Shown here piece after piece: positions 38,995 to 48,330 of a DNA stretch of 64,000 bases. The translations under genes were made by a program, and so were the position numbers. The notes under the pieces were generated by a model. The model had not been told where the DNA came from and made no database searches. It saw only the letters and a list, made by a program, of their open reading frames with translations. Origin of the DNA: Gemmatimonadales bacterium. Its GTDB lineage: Bacteria > Gemmatimonadota > Gemmatimonadetes > Gemmatimonadales > GWC2-71-9. Location: positions 1,984,001-2,048,000 of the forward strand of contig OZ252244.1 of NCBI GenBank assembly GCA_965249575.1, given 5' to 3'. Positions within the stretch are counted from its first letter, which is position 1. Each line of letters begins with the position of its first letter.

Positions 38995-39913
38995 TTAACC
39001 GGGCGGACCCCCGCCCTTCGCTCCAGACTTCCCCTCGGCGAGATTGTGGTAAAACCTCGTCGTCGGGTACGCGAGATCGATGTCGTCGCACTGTCCGAAC
39101 GCCGTCAGGATTGCCTCCCACATGATCTCCTGCTTGCCGCGCCGCTCTCGTGGAAGCGACATGTAGCGTATCGTCAGGAGCACACCGTGGTCTCGCACGC
39201 TGGTGTAGACGACGGGTGTCAGCTTCGAGTAGAAGATGAGAAACCTGCGGGATGCCTCTTGCACCCGCCGACGCGCTTCCTCGGTCAAATCCTGCGCATG
39301 CTCTACCGCGATCTTCCCGAGCAGGTCCTTCGCCTTTCTCCAATTACTCTCGAAGGTGATCAGCACGGGGATCTCGTCCCAAATGTGTTCGAACCCCGTG
39401 GTGTAGTTGGCGAGTGGATGGGTGAGCACCATTCCGTTCGGTACATGAATCATGCGACCGGTGCTCTGCTCCGCGTCCACCCAGTTACCCACTTCGAGCA
39501 GTGTGAACTGAAACAGCCTGAGATCGAACGTCACCCGTGTGCGTCCCGATCTGCACCCGGTCACCCACCTCGAACGGTCGACGCCAGAGCACGAAGGCCC
39601 ATCCGGCGAGGTTCGAGACGATGTCCTTGAGGGCGATCGCGAGACCCGCGGACAGGAGCCCGAGGAACGTGGCGACCTGTTGGAGCCCGGCAAACCAAAT
39701 GCGCCCCACTAAAGCGAGCCCGAGCCCGACCGTGACGTAGGTCGTGGTCTTCCGCCAGCGATAGCGGTCCCTGACGTCGTGGAGCCGGCGGTAGATTATG
39801 GACAGCACCAGCCACCGGACGAGCGCCAAGACGGCGAAGGTCGCGACAGACGAGAGTAACTTGTCTTGGATCGACGGGCCGATTCCTAGGGTCGCTCCCA
39901 GCCAGTCCCGCAT
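38995..39913 (-). pseudogene. MscS family mechanosensitive channel, frameshifted near 39527
   Basis: SAGLAIALKD...RPFEVGDRVQIG...GDV in one frame and DLRLFQFTLLEVGNWVDAEQSTGR in another; 2 nt appear to be missing from GDV(I)DL. Confidence 0.88.
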
Positions 39914-40112
39914 GGCGCTAGCCTCCGGAGTGATCGTGTCCGTCCGTGATATTAACGCCCCCGGGGCAGCAGCGGTCGGGCGGAGTTGCGGGGGGACATC
40001 GAGCAGGATTGCTTAGTGGTGTGAATTCGAGGGGCGGCGGAACTCGGATCCGTCGGCTGGGTCTTTCGGGACAGCCGATGCCGCCGCTTGGAATGCCTAC
40101 GGGGTGATCGCG

Positions 40113-40577
40113 ATGCGCTTTTCGGTGTTCGGGCTCCCGTTCTGGCCGCTGGGCCTGTCAGTGGCGCTCTGCCTTAGTTGCACCGGCGATGGCACGGGGC
40201 TCGATCAGTTCGGTAATCCCTCAGGTGGCCCCCCAGCCGGGGGGGGAATCAGTCTATCCGCCAACGTCCAGCCGATCTTTACGGCCAATTGCGCCTTCGC
40301 TGGCTGTCACGCGGGCAACATGCCCCAGGAGGGCCAAAACCTCAGTGCCGGCCTGGCCTTCTCGAGCATCGTTGGGGTCTCATCGGCGCAGCAGCCCTCC
40401 CTGAACCGTGTTCAGCCGTTTGCGCCGTTTCTCAGCTACCTGATCCACAAAGTTCGAGGCACGCAGGCCTCGGTCGGTGGACGCGGCGGCCGCATGCCTC
40501 TTGGGGGGGACACACTGTCGACGCAAGAGATCGAAGTGATTCTCGAGTGGATCCGCGGGGGCGCGCTCGATAACTGA
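40113..40577 (+). CDS. Lipoprotein with atypical c-heme motif CX4CH
   Basis: Lipobox CLSC; VQPIFTANCAFAGCH, SYLIHKV, RMP and WIRGGA. Confidence 0.7.
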   Translation: MRFSVFGLPFWPLGLSVALCLSCTGDGTGLDQFGNPSGGPPAGGGISLSANVQPIFTANCAFAGCHAGNMPQEGQNLSAGLAFSSIVGVSSAQQPSLNRVQPFAPFLSYLIHKVRGTQASVGGRGGRMPLGGDTLSTQEIEVILEWIRGGALDN

Positions 40578-40615
40578 CACGGCAGCCGATGTCGGCTCCG
40601 GTTTAGGAGGACGAA

Positions 40616-41679
40616 GTGGTGATACACGTTATCGCGCTCGCGTTGGTATCGAGCGTGGCCGGTCCCAAGGCCGCGACCGAGCCGTACCTTGCATTTCGGA
40701 CGGGGCTCAAGTGCTCGGCGTGCCACGTGAATCGGACTGGGGGCGGTGGAAGGACGGATTTCGGCAGCATCTACGCCCAGACCATGCTCCCGATCAAGAC
40801 CGGCGCCATTCGGAGCCGCGCGATCAACGATTTCATCTCGGTGGGCTTTGATGTCAGGGCCCTCGCGAGCGGAACGTTCGGAAGTGCCACTCCGAGGACC
40901 GCCGTCGACCTCGACGTCGCGAATGCCTTTGTCGAAGCGAGGCTCATCGACCAAGTACTCTCGCTGTATATCGATGAGACCCTCGGGCCGGGTCGTGCCA
41001 TAGCCCGGGAGGCGTTCGGGCTGGTGCAGTGGAGGCCCCTCAACGGCTACGCCAAGGTGGGGAAGTTCCTGCTTCCGTATGGACTGAGGCTTCAAGACGA
41101 CGCGGAGTTCATTCGAGATCGGACGGGTTTCAACTACAATACTCCTGACCAAGGAGTGGAGCTCGGCATCGAGCCCGGCCCGCTCTCGCTCGCGGTTGCG
41201 GTCACCAACGGCTCTCAAGGTGGAGCGGAAAACGACGACGGGAAGCAAGTGACCTCGAGCGCGTCGGTGGTGTCTTCACATTTCAGGCTGGGCGCCTCCG
41301 CGTCGCGGAATGAGAGCTCCGGAAACGCACGCAACGTTTTGGGAGGGTTCGGCGGTTTTCGCGCCGGTCCCCTCACGGTCCTGGGTGAGTTCGACTACAT
41401 TCTGGACTCGTTCAGCTCCAGCCCGGATGTCGACCAGCTGGTTGCGTATGTCGAGGGTGACTTGCTCGCTACCCAGGGGGTCAACGCGAAGGTGACCTAC
41501 GGGTATCACAATCGCAATCTCAACGTTCCTGAAGATCAGCATGTAAGAGTGCGGTTTGGACTCGAGGTGTTCCCGTTCAGTTCGTCCGGCTAGCTGGGTT
41601 CTACACGCTCCTCGAGGATATTCCCCAGGCAAGGACGGATCTCGACCGCGCAAGCCTCGAGGTACACGTCCACTTCTAG
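40616..41679 (+). pseudogene. Monoheme cytochrome c-porin fusion, frameshifted near 41573
   Basis: EPYLAFRTGLKCSACH at the mature N-terminus followed by amphipathic beta-strands; adding 1 nt at ttcccg extends it to ...SLEVHVHF* (41679) with a terminal Phe. Confidence 0.75.
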
Positions 41680-41722
41680 CAGCGGTGTCGTTCACAATAG
41701 TCTAGTTCGGAGCGTCCATCTC

Positions 41723-43348
41723 ATGAGCGCCGTCAAGGTCCCATTCCCGGTCAACGAGCCGGTCAAGTCTTACGCGCCCGGAACGCCGGAGCGCGCATCG
41801 TTGAAGACCCGTCTCCGCGATATGGCGGGGGAAGAAATCGAGATCCCGTTGCTGATCGGAGGGAAAGAGATCAGGACTGGCGACCTCGGCAAGTCAGTGA
41901 TGCCCCACCGGCACGGTCACGTGCTCGCCACGTGGCATCGCGCCGGCCGGAAGGAGGTCGAGCTCGCGATCAAGACGGCGCTCGAGGCGCACCGTGAATG
42001 GGCATCGTGGCCGTGGGAGGAGCGCGCAAGCGTCTTTCTCAAAGCGGCAGATTTACTCTCAACGACGTGGAGAGATACGATCAACGCGTCGACGATGCTC
42101 TGCCAGAGCAAGACGCCCCATCAAGCGGAGATCGATGCGGTGTGCGAGCTCGTGGATTTCTACCGGTTCAACGTGCAGTTCGCGGAGCACCTGTACGAAG
42201 AGCAGCCGTTCTCAGCCGCCGGAATGTGGAACCGCATCGAGTACCGACCACTTGAGGGGTTCGTCTACGCGGTGACCCCGTTCAACTTCACGTCAATCGC
42301 CGGCAATTTGCCCACGGCGCCGGCCCTCATGGGAAACGTGAGCCTGTGGAAACCGGCGCGGTCGGCGGTATACAGCGGCTATTACCTGGCGCGTCTCTTC
42401 GAGGCGGCGGGGCTCCCGCCAGGCGTCATCAATTTCATACCCGGTGATGCGCGGACCATTAGCGAGGTGGCACTCGTGCATCCCCGCTTGGGTGGTGTGC
42501 ACTTTACGGGCTCGACCGAGGTCTTTCAGGGCATGTGGCGAACCGTCGGGGAGCACATCGCGGACTACGCCTCGTACCCGCGGGTGGTCGGGGAGACTGG
42601 TGGTAAGAACTTCATCATTTCGCACGCAAGCGCCGATGTCGACGCGTTGGTGACGGCCATCATTCGCGGGAGCTTCGAGTACCAGGGCCAGAAGTGCAGT
42701 GCGGTATCACGCGTCTTCGTTCCGGACACCCAGTGGGGGGTGGTAAAGGATCGCCTGCTCGATTTGGTGCCGACCCTCAAAATGGGGGATCCCACGGACT
42801 TCAGGAGTTTCCTCGGAGCGGTCATCGACGAGAGCGCGTTTGACAAGATCTCGGGTTACCTGGCGGGCGCCAAGCGGTCAAAGGATGCCACGATCCTGTG
42901 TGGAGGTGAGGCGAAAGGAGACGAAGGGTACTTCATCGAGCCGACGATCATCGAGGCCCACCGGCCCGACTATGTGACCATGTGCGAGGAAATCTTCGGC
43001 CCGGTCGTCTCGGTGCACGTGTATCCGGAGGCCAAATGGGAACAGGCATTACATCTCATTGATACGGGTTCCCCGTACGGGCTGACCGGTGCGGTGTTCG
43101 CAAACGACCGGCGCGCCGTCCAGGACGCGCACGCTGCACTGCGCTTCGCTGCGGGGAACTTCTACGTCAACGACAAACCGACCGGAGCGGTCATCGGGCA
43201 GCAGCCGTTTGGAGGCTCGCGGGCGAGCGGCACCAACGATAAGGCGGGGTCGATGCTGAACCTCGCGAGGTGGGTGTCGGCGCGAACCATCAAAGAGACG
43301 TTTACGCCCCCCACCGACCATCGCTACCCGTTCATGGCCGAAGAGTAG
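41723..43348 (+). CDS. pruA: L-glutamate gamma-semialdehyde (P5C) dehydrogenase
   Basis: NEPVKSYAPG, PFNFT, HFTGS, ETGGKNF, FEYQGQKCSA, EEIFGP and NDKPTGAV. Confidence 0.95.
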   Translation: MSAVKVPFPVNEPVKSYAPGTPERASLKTRLRDMAGEEIEIPLLIGGKEIRTGDLGKSVMPHRHGHVLATWHRAGRKEVELAIKTALEAHREWASWPWEERASVFLKAADLLSTTWRDTINASTMLCQSKTPHQAEIDAVCELVDFYRFNVQFAEHLYEEQPFSAAGMWNRIEYRPLEGFVYAVTPFNFTSIAGNLPTAPALMGNVSLWKPARSAVYSGYYLARLFEAAGLPPGVINFIPGDARTISEVALVHPRLGGVHFTGSTEVFQGMWRTVGEHIADYASYPRVVGETGGKNFIISHASADVDALVTAIIRGSFEYQGQKCSAVSRVFVPDTQWGVVKDRLLDLVPTLKMGDPTDFRSFLGAVIDESAFDKISGYLAGAKRSKDATILCGGEAKGDEGYFIEPTIIEAHRPDYVTMCEEIFGPVVSVHVYPEAKWEQALHLIDTGSPYGLTGAVFANDRRAVQDAHAALRFAAGNFYVNDKPTGAVIGQQPFGGSRASGTNDKAGSMLNLARWVSARTIKETFTPPTDHRYPFMAEE

Positions 43349-43368
43349 CCAAGCCGGGTATCACGTGC

Positions 43369-43412
43369 GAACGGGTGGGCTCGGTTGCTCCGAGACCCAC
43401 CCGTTCCATTTT
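43369..43412. terminator. Intrinsic terminator, probably bidirectional
   Basis: GAACGGGTGGG-CTCGG / CCGAG-A-CCCACCCGTTC hairpin followed by CATTTT, between convergent genes. Confidence 0.75.
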
Positions 43413-43427
43413 CAGCACGCGCGGCGG

Positions 43428-44087
43428 CTACATCTTATGGATCGCGAAACCGCCGACGTGGACGTCGAGATTGTGGTTTACTCGGAATCCCACAACGCCA
43501 TCGGTGGATAGGGCCGACGCTTCGGCCGTGAACACTTCTTTGTCGTTCACGGTGAAGCTCACCCGGTCGCCCGTGACCCCAACGGCAAGCGCGTTGGTTG
43601 CCTTCCCCGACTCGTCAGCCTTCTTGATAGCCGCGTGGTCGGTCCACCCCGAGTTGATGTTCGACGTCGAGCCGCCATCGCGGCGCTTGACGAGAAACTT
43701 GCCGTCTCCCCGGACCAGGAAATAGGTGTACTTCTGGTCGCTACCCTGGAGATCGCCACCTCCGACGATCAGGCCATATCCCTCGGCGTGTCTGGGTGCC
43801 TTGGTCTGGGTGAACGTGGCCATCGCGTGGTAATTGCCCATGGCCTTGTCGGATTCGCGATAGACGACGGCGGCTGGCCCGAGGGTGAAATGCCACCCCG
43901 ATCCCATCTCCCAGAATTTGACGTTGTCGACGGGTGCGTTGCGATCGGTGCGGGCAGCCCACCCGGCCGGGAGCTTGCCCCCTCCTTCGACCGCGTCGTC
44001 GGGGTCCTCATTCATCTGACCCCGTTGTTGCGCAGTGAGCGGCAGTGCCATGAAGGCGGTTAGTAACACGAGCGACAGGACGCACAT
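43428..44087 (-). CDS. Secreted beta-sandwich hypothetical protein (DUF1080/ConA-like)
   Basis: Signal peptide; EGYGLIVGG, YTYFLVRGDGKF, FTVN and GVVGFRV strand pattern. Confidence 0.6.
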   Translation of the reverse strand: MCVLSLVLLTAFMALPLTAQQRGQMNEDPDDAVEGGGKLPAGWAARTDRNAPVDNVKFWEMGSGWHFTLGPAAVVYRESDKAMGNYHAMATFTQTKAPRHAEGYGLIVGGGDLQGSDQKYTYFLVRGDGKFLVKRRDGGSTSNINSGWTDHAAIKKADESGKATNALAVGVTGDRVSFTVNDKEVFTAEASALSTDGVVGFRVNHNLDVHVGGFAIHKM

Positions 44088-44239
44088 AACTTCCTCGCAG
44101 CGAATGTGGTTGGGTTGAGATTGATTCGTCGGACGATTTCCCGCAAGGCTGCTGGATCCCGCCTGACTTGACGGGTAACCCGCTTCCCGCCGATTGTTCC
44201 CCTGGGCCCGGCAACCCGACACAAACACTTCGGAAACCG

Positions 44240-44602
44240 ATGACGGAAGTCAAGTTTCGCCAGGCGGCGTTCGCGTATCTCCACGTGGCCATCCTCTACG
44301 AGGCGGCGGCCTACGTGATGTGGAGACAGGGGCTTCTGCCGGATGGGCGCGGGCCGGGTTGGCTGTGGTTGGTCATCGGGGCGGCGGTGGGCGGGGGCAT
44401 CTTCATCGGCCTGCTCCGGTGGCGCAACGTGTGGTTCGCCCGCGTGGTCTGGGCGGTGCACGGAGCCCGGCTCCCCGCGCTCATCGGCGGCGCCTTCTTT
44501 GCCGGTGAGTCGGCCCGGCTCCCGTCCGCCTTCTACTTGACGGCGATCGTTGTTGTGGTCATCAACCTGTGGATGCTGGCCCGCGCGGCGTGGGACCTGT
44601 GA
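44240..44602 (+). CDS. Small four-TM membrane protein
   Basis: Hydrophobic 120 aa ORF with a GTGA overlap onto the Mrp gene. Confidence 0.7.
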   Translation: MTEVKFRQAAFAYLHVAILYEAAAYVMWRQGLLPDGRGPGWLWLVIGAAVGGGIFIGLLRWRNVWFARVVWAVHGARLPALIGGAFFAGESARLPSAFYLTAIVVVVINLWMLARAAWDL

Positions 44603-45462
44603 CGTTCCGAACCTACGGGGCCATGGAGGGCGAGGATGGCTCCAATCTCGCCGCCCAGGTTCAGGCCCAGCGAGTGCGGGTTGCCAAGCGACTGGGAGAC
44701 GTCAAGCAGGTCATCGCCGTGATGAGTGGGAAGGGCGGCGTAGGAAAGAGCTACGTTTCTACGGCGCTCGCGCTGAGCGCGGCGGCCCTCGAACGAGGGA
44801 CGATTGGCGTGCTCGACGCGGACCTCCACGGACCGACGTGCGGGCGCCTGCTGGGGGCTCGCGGGCCGCTCCGGGTCACCGATGCGGGTGTGGAGCCGGC
44901 GGTGGGCTATTCCGGCGTCCGCGTGTTTTCCACCGACCTCCTCTTGGCCGAGGGCGCGCCACTCAAGTGGAAGCAGGAGGCGGGCGAGGGGTTCACCTCG
45001 AGGAGCCTCCTCGAGGCGGGGGCGTTGCGGGAGCTGCTCGGTGACGTAGTGTGGGGGGAATTGGAGCTCCTCATCGTGGATCTTCCACCGGGGGCGGATC
45101 GGCTCGAAGACCTGGCATTGCTCGTGCCGGACCTCTTGGGGGCCGTGGCGATCACGATCCCGAGCGAAGAATCACGCGCGTCGGTGCAGCGTGCGATGCA
45201 GGCAGCCGTGGACATCGAGGTACGCCTCTTGGGGATCATCGAGAACATGTGCGGCTATCTTTGCGGGAACTGTGGCGAAACGGGGCCGCTGTTCGCTGGC
45301 GACGCCGGGGCCGAGTTGGCGGCCGAATTCGGGGTGCCGTTTCTTGGGCGCATTCCGTTCCACGCGCCCCGCCGGACGATGGAGCCGCAGGGCGCGGCGC
45401 CCCCCGGTCCGCGCCCGTCTTTGCAGCACGTCATCGACGCTACTCTGGAGATCGTCCTGTGA
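44599..45462 (+). CDS. Mrp/ApbC/NBP35 Fe-S carrier ATPase
   Basis: MSGKGGVGKS, DADLHGP, VDLPPG and IIENM...CGNC. Confidence 0.9.
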   Translation: MTFRTYGAMEGEDGSNLAAQVQAQRVRVAKRLGDVKQVIAVMSGKGGVGKSYVSTALALSAAALERGTIGVLDADLHGPTCGRLLGARGPLRVTDAGVEPAVGYSGVRVFSTDLLLAEGAPLKWKQEAGEGFTSRSLLEAGALRELLGDVVWGELELLIVDLPPGADRLEDLALLVPDLLGAVAITIPSEESRASVQRAMQAAVDIEVRLLGIIENMCGYLCGNCGETGPLFAGDAGAELAAEFGVPFLGRIPFHAPRRTMEPQGAAPPGPRPSLQHVIDATLEIVL

Positions 45463-45911
45463 AGTTCCTGTGTGTGGACTGCGATGAGCAGATGGAGTTC
45501 GATGAGCGTAAGACACCCGGCGATGGAACGTTCGCGGCCGCCTTTCGATGCCCCGCCTGCAATCGGAAGATCGCGATGCTGGCCAACCCCATGGAGACAC
45601 AGTTGGTGGGTTCGCTGGGGGTGCGTATCGGTGGGCGCACGCTCGACGAGCAGCCCCTCGAGCTCGTTCGAAGCAAGTTGGTTGGTCGAGAGGACGCGTT
45701 CGTCGACGAGCCACCATCCAAGGTCGGCCCAGCGGGCAGGCGTCCAGAGTGGTCCATTGAGGCGCAGGATCGGCTCGCCCGGGTGCCGACGTTCGTTCGC
45801 GGGATGGTGAAGAAGATCTATACCGAATATGCCAGAGATCACGACATCGCGGAGATCACGCCGGCGATGATGGATCGTGCCAGGAGCGATCTAGGGCTCG
45901 AGGGCATGTGA
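45459..45911 (+). CDS. Zn-ribbon plus PCP_red-domain protein
   Basis: CVDC...CPAC; C-terminal WSIEAQDRLARVPTFVRGMVKK...EIT; GTG overlaps the Mrp stop. Confidence 0.8.
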   Translation: MKFLCVDCDEQMEFDERKTPGDGTFAAAFRCPACNRKIAMLANPMETQLVGSLGVRIGGRTLDEQPLELVRSKLVGREDAFVDEPPSKVGPAGRRPEWSIEAQDRLARVPTFVRGMVKKIYTEYARDHDIAEITPAMMDRARSDLGLEGM

Positions 45912-46156
45912 TGGTGAGCGAGTTCGACGAGCGAGCCGTGGGAGATGTTCGCGTGCGCATCGACCGCACGCTCTGCGTGGGGTTCGCCGACTGCGTCGAG
46001 GAGGCCCCGGAAGCTTTTGGGCTAGACGACGACGACGTCGCCGTCTTCCTGGCCCCGGAGGACGTGAGCCGCGACCGATTGCTGAAAGCGTGCGATGTCT
46101 GTCCCGTCGATGCATTGACCGTATGGGACGGCTCAGGGAGTCAATTAGTCCCTTGA
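45908..46156 (+). CDS. Monocluster ferredoxin (probably [3Fe-4S])
   Basis: IDRTLCVGFADC...ACDVCPVDAL; the second Cys position is Phe. Confidence 0.85.
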   Translation: MMVSEFDERAVGDVRVRIDRTLCVGFADCVEEAPEAFGLDDDDVAVFLAPEDVSRDRLLKACDVCPVDALTVWDGSGSQLVP

Positions 46157-46353
46157 CAGGTGGGTCTCGGTATCCCATGTTCGGCTCCGTTGCCAGGTCG
46201 AAGCGCACGATCGCAGGATGGAGAGCGGGCGATCGGTTTTACGGGGATTCTGCCGGCCTGTGTCTAGCGTTTGTCTGCCGTTGTCTATAGATCAAACCGC
46301 ACCGTCAGAGGTACATTCCAATTCACCCGACCCCCAAGGCCGAGGGCGGAGCC

Positions 46354-48330
46354 ATGTATAGAGAGATTTTTGTTCCAGTCGACAACTCCCAGCATTCTGA
46401 CTGGGCCGTCGACCGGGCGATCGAATTGTGTACCAGGTCCGACGGCTTGGTCACTGCGAACCACGTGTATGCCGCCCGGCTGCACGATGTCCGCTTCCGA
46501 CAGCTCGAGACCGGCCTTCCCGCGCAGTTCCAGACACCCGCAGAGATCAAGAAGCAGCGCAAAATCCACGATAAGTTGATTGAGAAGGGCCTTCAGCTCA
46601 TAGCTGACAGCTTTCTCGATCACGTCGCGAACCGTTGCGAGGCGGCCGGCGTGTCGGTCACTCGACAACTCCTCGAAGGAATCAACTACGAGGAGATCGT
46701 CAACGAGGTAAACCGCGGTGAGGGGCGTCTGCCGGGGCTCATCGGGTTCGACCCGAACAGGGCGGCGACGTACGACGGCGGAGAGCGGGTGCGAAGCGAC
46801 GTTCGTGTCGGTGACGACGGACGCTTGGTGGCGGAGGACGAAGATACTGCTGCGCGGCTGGTCGGGACGTCGGGTCGCAAGTACGACTTGGTCGTTTTTG
46901 GGGGACACGGACTTGGACGGCAGCCGTACTCACAGCTCGGCGGGGTGGTGAGCCGGGCCATACGAGGCATCGAGAAAGACGTTCTCGTGGTGCGGGACGA
47001 GAGGTCGCTCACCGGCGGCCGGTACATGGTCTGCGTGGACGGCTCGTCCTATAGCTACCGCGCGATGAAAGTCGCTCTCGAGCTGGCGCAGGAGTTCGGG
47101 GGCTCCGTCTACGCTTGCAGCGCCTTCGACGTCGAGTACCACCACGTGGTCTTTAACAACATCAAGGACGTGCTATCGGTCCAGGCGTCGAAGGTGTTCA
47201 AATTCGAGGAGCAGGAGGAGCTTCACAACAACATCATTGATAAAGGGCTGTTGAAGCTCTGCCAGGCCAATCTCAAGCGGGCGCAGGTCATGGCGGAGGA
47301 GTTTCCGGACGTCCCCCTGACGACGCAGATCCTGGTCGGCAAGCCATTCCAAGTCATCATGCAGTGGATCGAAGAGATCGAGCCCGCGCTTCTCATCATT
47401 GCTCGTCACGGCGCGCACCGCATCGAAGGCACGGCCATCGGCTCGCAGGCCGACAACCTGATGCGTCTCGCGCCGTGCAATACGCTGCTCGCAGGCACCG
47501 TGGGGATCCGGCCCGAGGAGATCCCCTGGATCGAAGAGGACGGACAGGCCGGGCTACCTTGGGCCCCAGAGGCGGAGGTGCGTATTCTCCGCGTTCCACC
47601 GTTTGCGCAGGGAATCGCGAGGCGCGCCGTCGAAGAGTTCGTGATCGAGCGCGGCGGCGATATCGTGACGAATCCGTCGCTCGACGAGGCGATCAAGAAG
47701 TTGTTGCCAACCCACATGCAGCTGATCATGGGGATCGGGACCGCCGAGGAGGTCGTGCTGGCGGAAACGAAGGCGACCGAGCAGATGGAGGCGACCAAGG
47801 TGCGCGGCTCGGATGACGATCCCGAGCCCGAGGAGGCCATCGTCGAGGTGAAATGCCCCGTCACCGGCGACGTCACCACACGACCGCGCGTCGCGACCGA
47901 CCCGATCGTCTGGACGAACGAGGCCTGGCAGCGGCTCCAACTGGTTCCCCTCATCGCGCGGCCGCTTGCGCGAAACACGGTCGAGCGGTTCGCCCGAAAC
48001 CACGAGATCTGGCGCGTCACGACGCCGGTGATGGACGAGAACAAACAGGCCATGATCGAGGCCGACGAGTTCGATGTCGAGACCATGATGGTGATGTTCA
48101 ACGAGCTCCGAGCGAAGCAGATCCGGGCGGAGGCGGAGGGGAAGGACGGCATGTCGCCGGAGATGCGCCGGTTCATCGAGGAAGCAAAGGCCGCCGGGGT
48201 CACTCGGTGCCCGATCCGTGACATCGAAGAACGGGTGGACGGGTGTCCGGTGGACTTCAAGACCGCGACGCCGGACCAGGCCAAGGCCGCAGTGGAGCGG
48301 ATGTTGCAGACGCCGGCGGGGGACGACTGA
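46354..48330 (+). CDS. Tandem universal stress protein with two PCP_red domains and a CP-motif tail
   Basis: IFVPVDNS...GGHGLG...LGGV; VCVDGS...ARHG...IGSQA; two W-x2-EA-x2-R-x3-VP repeats; CPV, CPI and CPV. Confidence 0.85.
   Translation: MYREIFVPVDNSQHSDWAVDRAIELCTRSDGLVTANHVYAARLHDVRFRQLETGLPAQFQTPAEIKKQRKIHDKLIEKGLQLIADSFLDHVANRCEAAGVSVTRQLLEGINYEEIVNEVNRGEGRLPGLIGFDPNRAATYDGGERVRSDVRVGDDGRLVAEDEDTAARLVGTSGRKYDLVVFGGHGLGRQPYSQLGGVVSRAIRGIEKDVLVVRDERSLTGGRYMVCVDGSSYSYRAMKVALELAQEFGGSVYACSAFDVEYHHVVFNNIKDVLSVQASKVFKFEEQEELHNNIIDKGLLKLCQANLKRAQVMAEEFPDVPLTTQILVGKPFQVIMQWIEEIEPALLIIARHGAHRIEGTAIGSQADNLMRLAPCNTLLAGTVGIRPEEIPWIEEDGQAGLPWAPEAEVRILRVPPFAQGIARRAVEEFVIERGGDIVTNPSLDEAIKKLLPTHMQLIMGIGTAEEVVLAETKATEQMEATKVRGSDDDPEPEEAIVEVKCPVTGDVTTRPRVATDPIVWTNEAWQRLQLVPLIARPLARNTVERFARNHEIWRVTTPVMDENKQAMIEADEFDVETMMVMFNELRAKQIRAEAEGKDGMSPEMRRFIEEAKAAGVTRCPIRDIEERVDGCPVDFKTATPDQAKAAVERMLQTPAGDD

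Noticed and set aside
46141..46300. TTGACA at 46153 and FNR-like TTGTC-TATAG-ATCAA at 46281
   Set aside because: No convincing -10 at 17 bp spacing; the FNR-like box has a 5 nt spacer and a poor left half.
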